From an uncultured bacterium (GTDB taxonomy: Bacteria; Omnitrophota; Omnitrophia; Omnitrophales; Aquincolibacteriaceae), in NCBI GenBank assembly GCA_964562525.1, contig CAZLTL010000007.1, positions 32,026 to 96,025 on the forward strand: DNA of 64,000 bases, read 5' to 3'. Every line of letters begins with the position of its first letter. Within the stretch, counting starts at the first letter, position 1. Position numbers and translations under genes: made by a program. Below the pieces are notes generated by a model. The model did no database searches. It saw only the letters and a list, made by a program, of their open reading frames with translations, and was not told where the DNA came from. Positions 61,130 through 64,000 of the stretch are shown in pieces.

Positions 61130-61325
61130 AGCTGTTTTAATCGAGCCTTGTTCAAAAGGTTTTGGATGCTAGGCGCAAATGAGCGCCACCGAAGCTTGGA
61201 CAAACTTAAAAATCGCTCAAAAAGGATTGATTGCGAGGCGCGAGCAAGCGCCCGACGAGGCGTATGCGGCAATACGCCGCAGGAGGAAGCGACGCTCGCA
61301 ACGAAGCAAGCGGACTTTTTCAGCA
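61130..61325. ncRNA. Candidate structured RNA or terminator cluster: GC-rich island with multiple perfect short hairpins (ggcgc-tcattt-gcgcc; ggcgtat-gcggca-atacgcc; ggcgc-ttgctc-gcgcc) in an AT-rich context
   Basis: Only overlapping short ORFs on both strands cover it; no match to RNase P, tmRNA, SRP or 6S consensus was seen. Confidence 0.25.
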
Positions 61326-61329
61326 ATTT

Positions 61330-63384
61330 TTACTGAGCGTACTCCCAAGCGGAGAGGTAGCCGTTAACTTTCTCCACATACGCCAGAAAGTCTTCATAGA
61401 AAGGCAGTGAAGAAAGCGTGGCGCTATCACCGATCACGATCAGCTTTCTTTTCGCACGCGTCATAGCGACATTCATACGGCGGACATCCTTCAAAAAGCC
61501 GAGATCCCCCTCGAGATTGGAGCGCACCAGCGACAAAATAACGGCTTCTTTCTCACGCCCTTGGAAAGAATCAACGCTGTCGACCTCGATATCGTACCCA
61601 CCCATGCCTTGCTCATCCATTTTCTGCAAAATCCACTTAATCTGCGCCGAATAGGGACTGATCACCGCGATTTCCGAGGAAGAAACACCTTTTTCGGTTA
61701 AATCTTTGACCTGGCGCAATACTAATTGAGCTTCGCCGGGGTTATAGCGGCTGAAACTGCCGTCTTCAAAAACTTCGTCATAAGACAATCCGGCGGTATC
61801 AATGAAAACGACGGGCTTTTCGGTTAACTCATGCGCGGTTACCTGCGGTAAATCCTTCAGCGTATGTGCGCGATTCGCTTCGGCGGCAATCAGCGCCCCT
61901 TCATAGAAGGCTTCGGACGAAAACTGCATAATCTCTTCATGCATGCGGTATTGCAACTCCAGCCTCAACTGCGAAGTCGCGGGCAAAACATCGTGAAACC
62001 GCTCAAAAAGCGTATAAGCCAGGCTGCCGCGCCCTTGATAGTTGGAAAGAACCGTCGGAGGCAGCTGTTCATGATCGCCCGCCAAAACAACACGGCCGCC
62101 CTGCGCGGTTCCGCCTTGAGAAGACGCATGCGCGAGCGGAATCCAGGTCGCCGGCTCAATCCCTTGACCGGCTTCATCCACGATCACCCAATCGAATTTC
62201 TTGGACTCAAGCAAAGGATCAGCGCAAACCACATGGGTGGCGATGACAATATCGGTGCTGTTCCACACCTCATTGAAAATTTGCGCTTTAATTTCTTTGT
62301 TCTCGGCCTTGAGCGCGTCAATTTCGGCATTCATTTCATCTTTTTCTTCCCAGCTCATTTCCCGGCGTTCACGCCGGCGCAAACGCTGTTTAAAGAGCTG
62401 ATCGAGCTTGGCATGATTGGATTCGAGCAGTTTGGCGTAAGGATGCAAAGCGAGCTGGAATGAAAGCGTGTGATCGCGCACCGCGGGCGAAACGCGCGCG
62501 GGATGGCCTAAACGCGTGACCTTCAAGTTGCAGGCGGCAATGCAATCCACCAAATGATCGCAGGCGGCATTACTAGGAGCGGATATCAGCACGGTTTCAC
62601 CGCGCTCCTTGGCTTGACGCACCATTTCAACCAAGACGCTGGTCTTACCCGTGCCCGGCGGGCCATGCAAAACAAAAATATCTTTGTTCTCAAGCGCCAT
62701 CGCCACTGCTTTCTTTTGCTGCTCATTTAAACCCGGATGGAAAAAAGAAAGTTTTTCCGGTTTGACCGGATCACCCAGCTCAGGCGCCTTGAGCCCCAAA
62801 GCGATATCGCGCAATTTCGCCAAACGATTGTGTTTGGCATCACGCACGCGGTCCAGCATGACAAACATACGCTCAAACGAAGTGCGGCTTTCACCTAAAG
62901 TGAGTTGAAACAATTCCGTGTGTTGAATCCAGTCGGGCATTTCTCCGCCGGAAAAAGCCACGGTAATGGAATTGGCTGAACGCGTGTAAACCACACCTGC
63001 GGGCCATTCGCTTTCGGGAATACGTATCGCGGATAAACGGACGATATCGCCGCCGTTTAAGTTAAAGCGGGGTAAACGCTTACCGCCTTTTTGCTGAAAA
63101 GCAATCAATCGCTGACCGGACGGATTGTAATGCACTTCTAAAATGTGCAAACCCATCATCGCCTTACCGCGCTTTTCGCGCTGTTCGGGCAGAAGCTTTA
63201 AGACTTCTTCTTCATAACGGCTGCGGTCACGCGCCTGCTCAGCCATTAAAAGACTGCGCATATGGCTGAAATGCTTGCGGATCACCTTTTCTTCGCCCAC
63301 CCAAATTTTACGGGTGGTTTTTTGGCGGAAGGGGTTCTTGTGTCCCGCCTGACCGGGCTTTTTGGTGAAGTATTTGCGTTTCAT
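61330..63384 (-). CDS. Upf1/IGHMBP2-like superfamily 1B helicase (AAA_11/AAA_12, COG1112)
   Basis: Walker A LHGPPGTGKTS, DEAGQ, GDHEQLPP, SVDSFQGREKEAVILSLVRSN, VAMTRAKRKL. Confidence 0.8.
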   Translation of the reverse strand: MKRKYFTKKPGQAGHKNPFRQKTTRKIWVGEEKVIRKHFSHMRSLLMAEQARDRSRYEEEVLKLLPEQREKRGKAMMGLHILEVHYNPSGQRLIAFQQKGGKRLPRFNLNGGDIVRLSAIRIPESEWPAGVVYTRSANSITVAFSGGEMPDWIQHTELFQLTLGESRTSFERMFVMLDRVRDAKHNRLAKLRDIALGLKAPELGDPVKPEKLSFFHPGLNEQQKKAVAMALENKDIFVLHGPPGTGKTSVLVEMVRQAKERGETVLISAPSNAACDHLVDCIAACNLKVTRLGHPARVSPAVRDHTLSFQLALHPYAKLLESNHAKLDQLFKQRLRRRERREMSWEEKDEMNAEIDALKAENKEIKAQIFNEVWNSTDIVIATHVVCADPLLESKKFDWVIVDEAGQGIEPATWIPLAHASSQGGTAQGGRVVLAGDHEQLPPTVLSNYQGRGSLAYTLFERFHDVLPATSQLRLELQYRMHEEIMQFSSEAFYEGALIAAEANRAHTLKDLPQVTAHELTEKPVVFIDTAGLSYDEVFEDGSFSRYNPGEAQLVLRQVKDLTEKGVSSSEIAVISPYSAQIKWILQKMDEQGMGGYDIEVDSVDSFQGREKEAVILSLVRSNLEGDLGFLKDVRRMNVAMTRAKRKLIVIGDSATLSSLPFYEDFLAYVEKVNGYLSAWEYAQ

Positions 63385-63439
63385 GGGGCGCCATTCTAGG
63401 TTACCGGCCCCAAAAGCACCAGAGCTGTTTTGAAAGCGG

Positions 63440-63928
63440 CTAGACGCGGTCTAAGCTGACTTTTTGAGCATTTAAACTGGAGACAGGGCGTTCGGAAAGA
63501 AAGGCTTTGCTGATCTCAAATTCCCCATCGGCATCTGAAACAGCCATGTAGTTAAAAACGCTGTTCTTTTTTTGAGGCACAGAAATTTGATAATAGCGCC
63601 ATTGATCGGAGGCATCCAAATGCAGAAAAACCTTCTTTCCGAGAATTTGATTCAGCTCATGCTTCATTTCTAAGCTGAACAAGTTGGGTTTCCCGCTGCG
63701 ATTTCGAATTTTAAGGTAAAGATACCGAAATTTAGAAAGATCGGAATACGGAACATAGCCGCCGCGCCAAGCGCGCCCGCCCTGAAATACGAGGCTGCCT
63801 TTTTCCGCATTGGCCCGATAAGGCATATCCCCGTGACTCAAGCGCCAAAAGCGAAGAATCGGCATTTCAGCCGGAACTGCGGACGCTGCCGCGGGCACCT
63901 GAGAAATTGGCTGAAGTATGGGATTCAT
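63440..63928 (-). CDS. Hypothetical protein
   Basis: 162 aa ORF with no recognised motif. Confidence 0.4.
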   Translation of the reverse strand: MNPILQPISQVPAAASAVPAEMPILRFWRLSHGDMPYRANAEKGSLVFQGGRAWRGGYVPYSDLSKFRYLYLKIRNRSGKPNLFSLEMKHELNQILGKKVFLHLDASDQWRYYQISVPQKKNSVFNYMAVSDADGEFEISKAFLSERPVSSLNAQKVSLDRV

Positions 63929-64000
63929 TTTTTCAAGTTTTAAAGAACGAATCTCGACACGTCCTTCCCGCGCTTCGCTGCGCGAAGCCCCTTGAACATA

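Noticed and set aside
61330-63928. Mokosh-type helicase-plus-PLD-nuclease defence pair
   Set aside because: No HxK(x4)D PLD motif was found in either the helicase or the downstream ORF. This is kept only as a low-confidence finding.

Overview
This is a 64 kb chromosomal segment with ~50% GC from a bacterium with a Gram-negative-type envelope. DsbD, a prepilin peptidase and candidate exosortase-associated secreted proteins support that envelope call. Coding density is high and most genes lie on the minus strand in operon-like runs. Housekeeping content includes livKHMGF, aroB-aroK-aroC-pilD-aroE, ilvB-ilvN-ilvC-leuA, eno, ftsB, dsbD, a KefB-like antiporter, nrdAB with a three-ATP-cone NrdA, htpX and a LysR-chrA pair. 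One minus-strand run at 8.8-14.5 kb links TerC, a Ca/Na antiporter, a NaChBac-like channel, CysD and a bicarbonate-uptake module of SbtA, its PII-like partner SbtB and a beta-class carbonic anhydrase. The most unusual part is a repeat-saturated, accessory-like stretch at about 50.0-55.6 kb. It holds an orphan CheY-like receiver and an OXA-type class D beta-lactamase that is translationally coupled to a YraN-like nuclease-fold protein in which the catalytic Lys appears to be Gln. Upstream of these lies a DUF4062-like protein. All are embedded in a mosaic of at least five short interspersed repeat families. One repeat carries a duplicated copy of the bla start and leader, and another supplies the C-terminal codons of the nuclease-like gene. 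Three loci also share a ~110 nt element whose conserved 40-45 nt core is flanked at each locus by a different, perfectly compensatory 6-13 bp stem, a signature of a structured RNA or hairpin-targeting mobile element. Other notable features are REP-like 'ctggattccc...gggaatgaca' hairpins at four sites, tandem secreted paralogs resembling the exosortase-associated TIGR04073 family, a Upf1/IGHMBP2-like SF1 helicase, an A/T-tract palindrome array upstream of nrdA, and a GC-rich structured segment in the helicase 3' flank. No rRNA, tRNA or CRISPR array was found.
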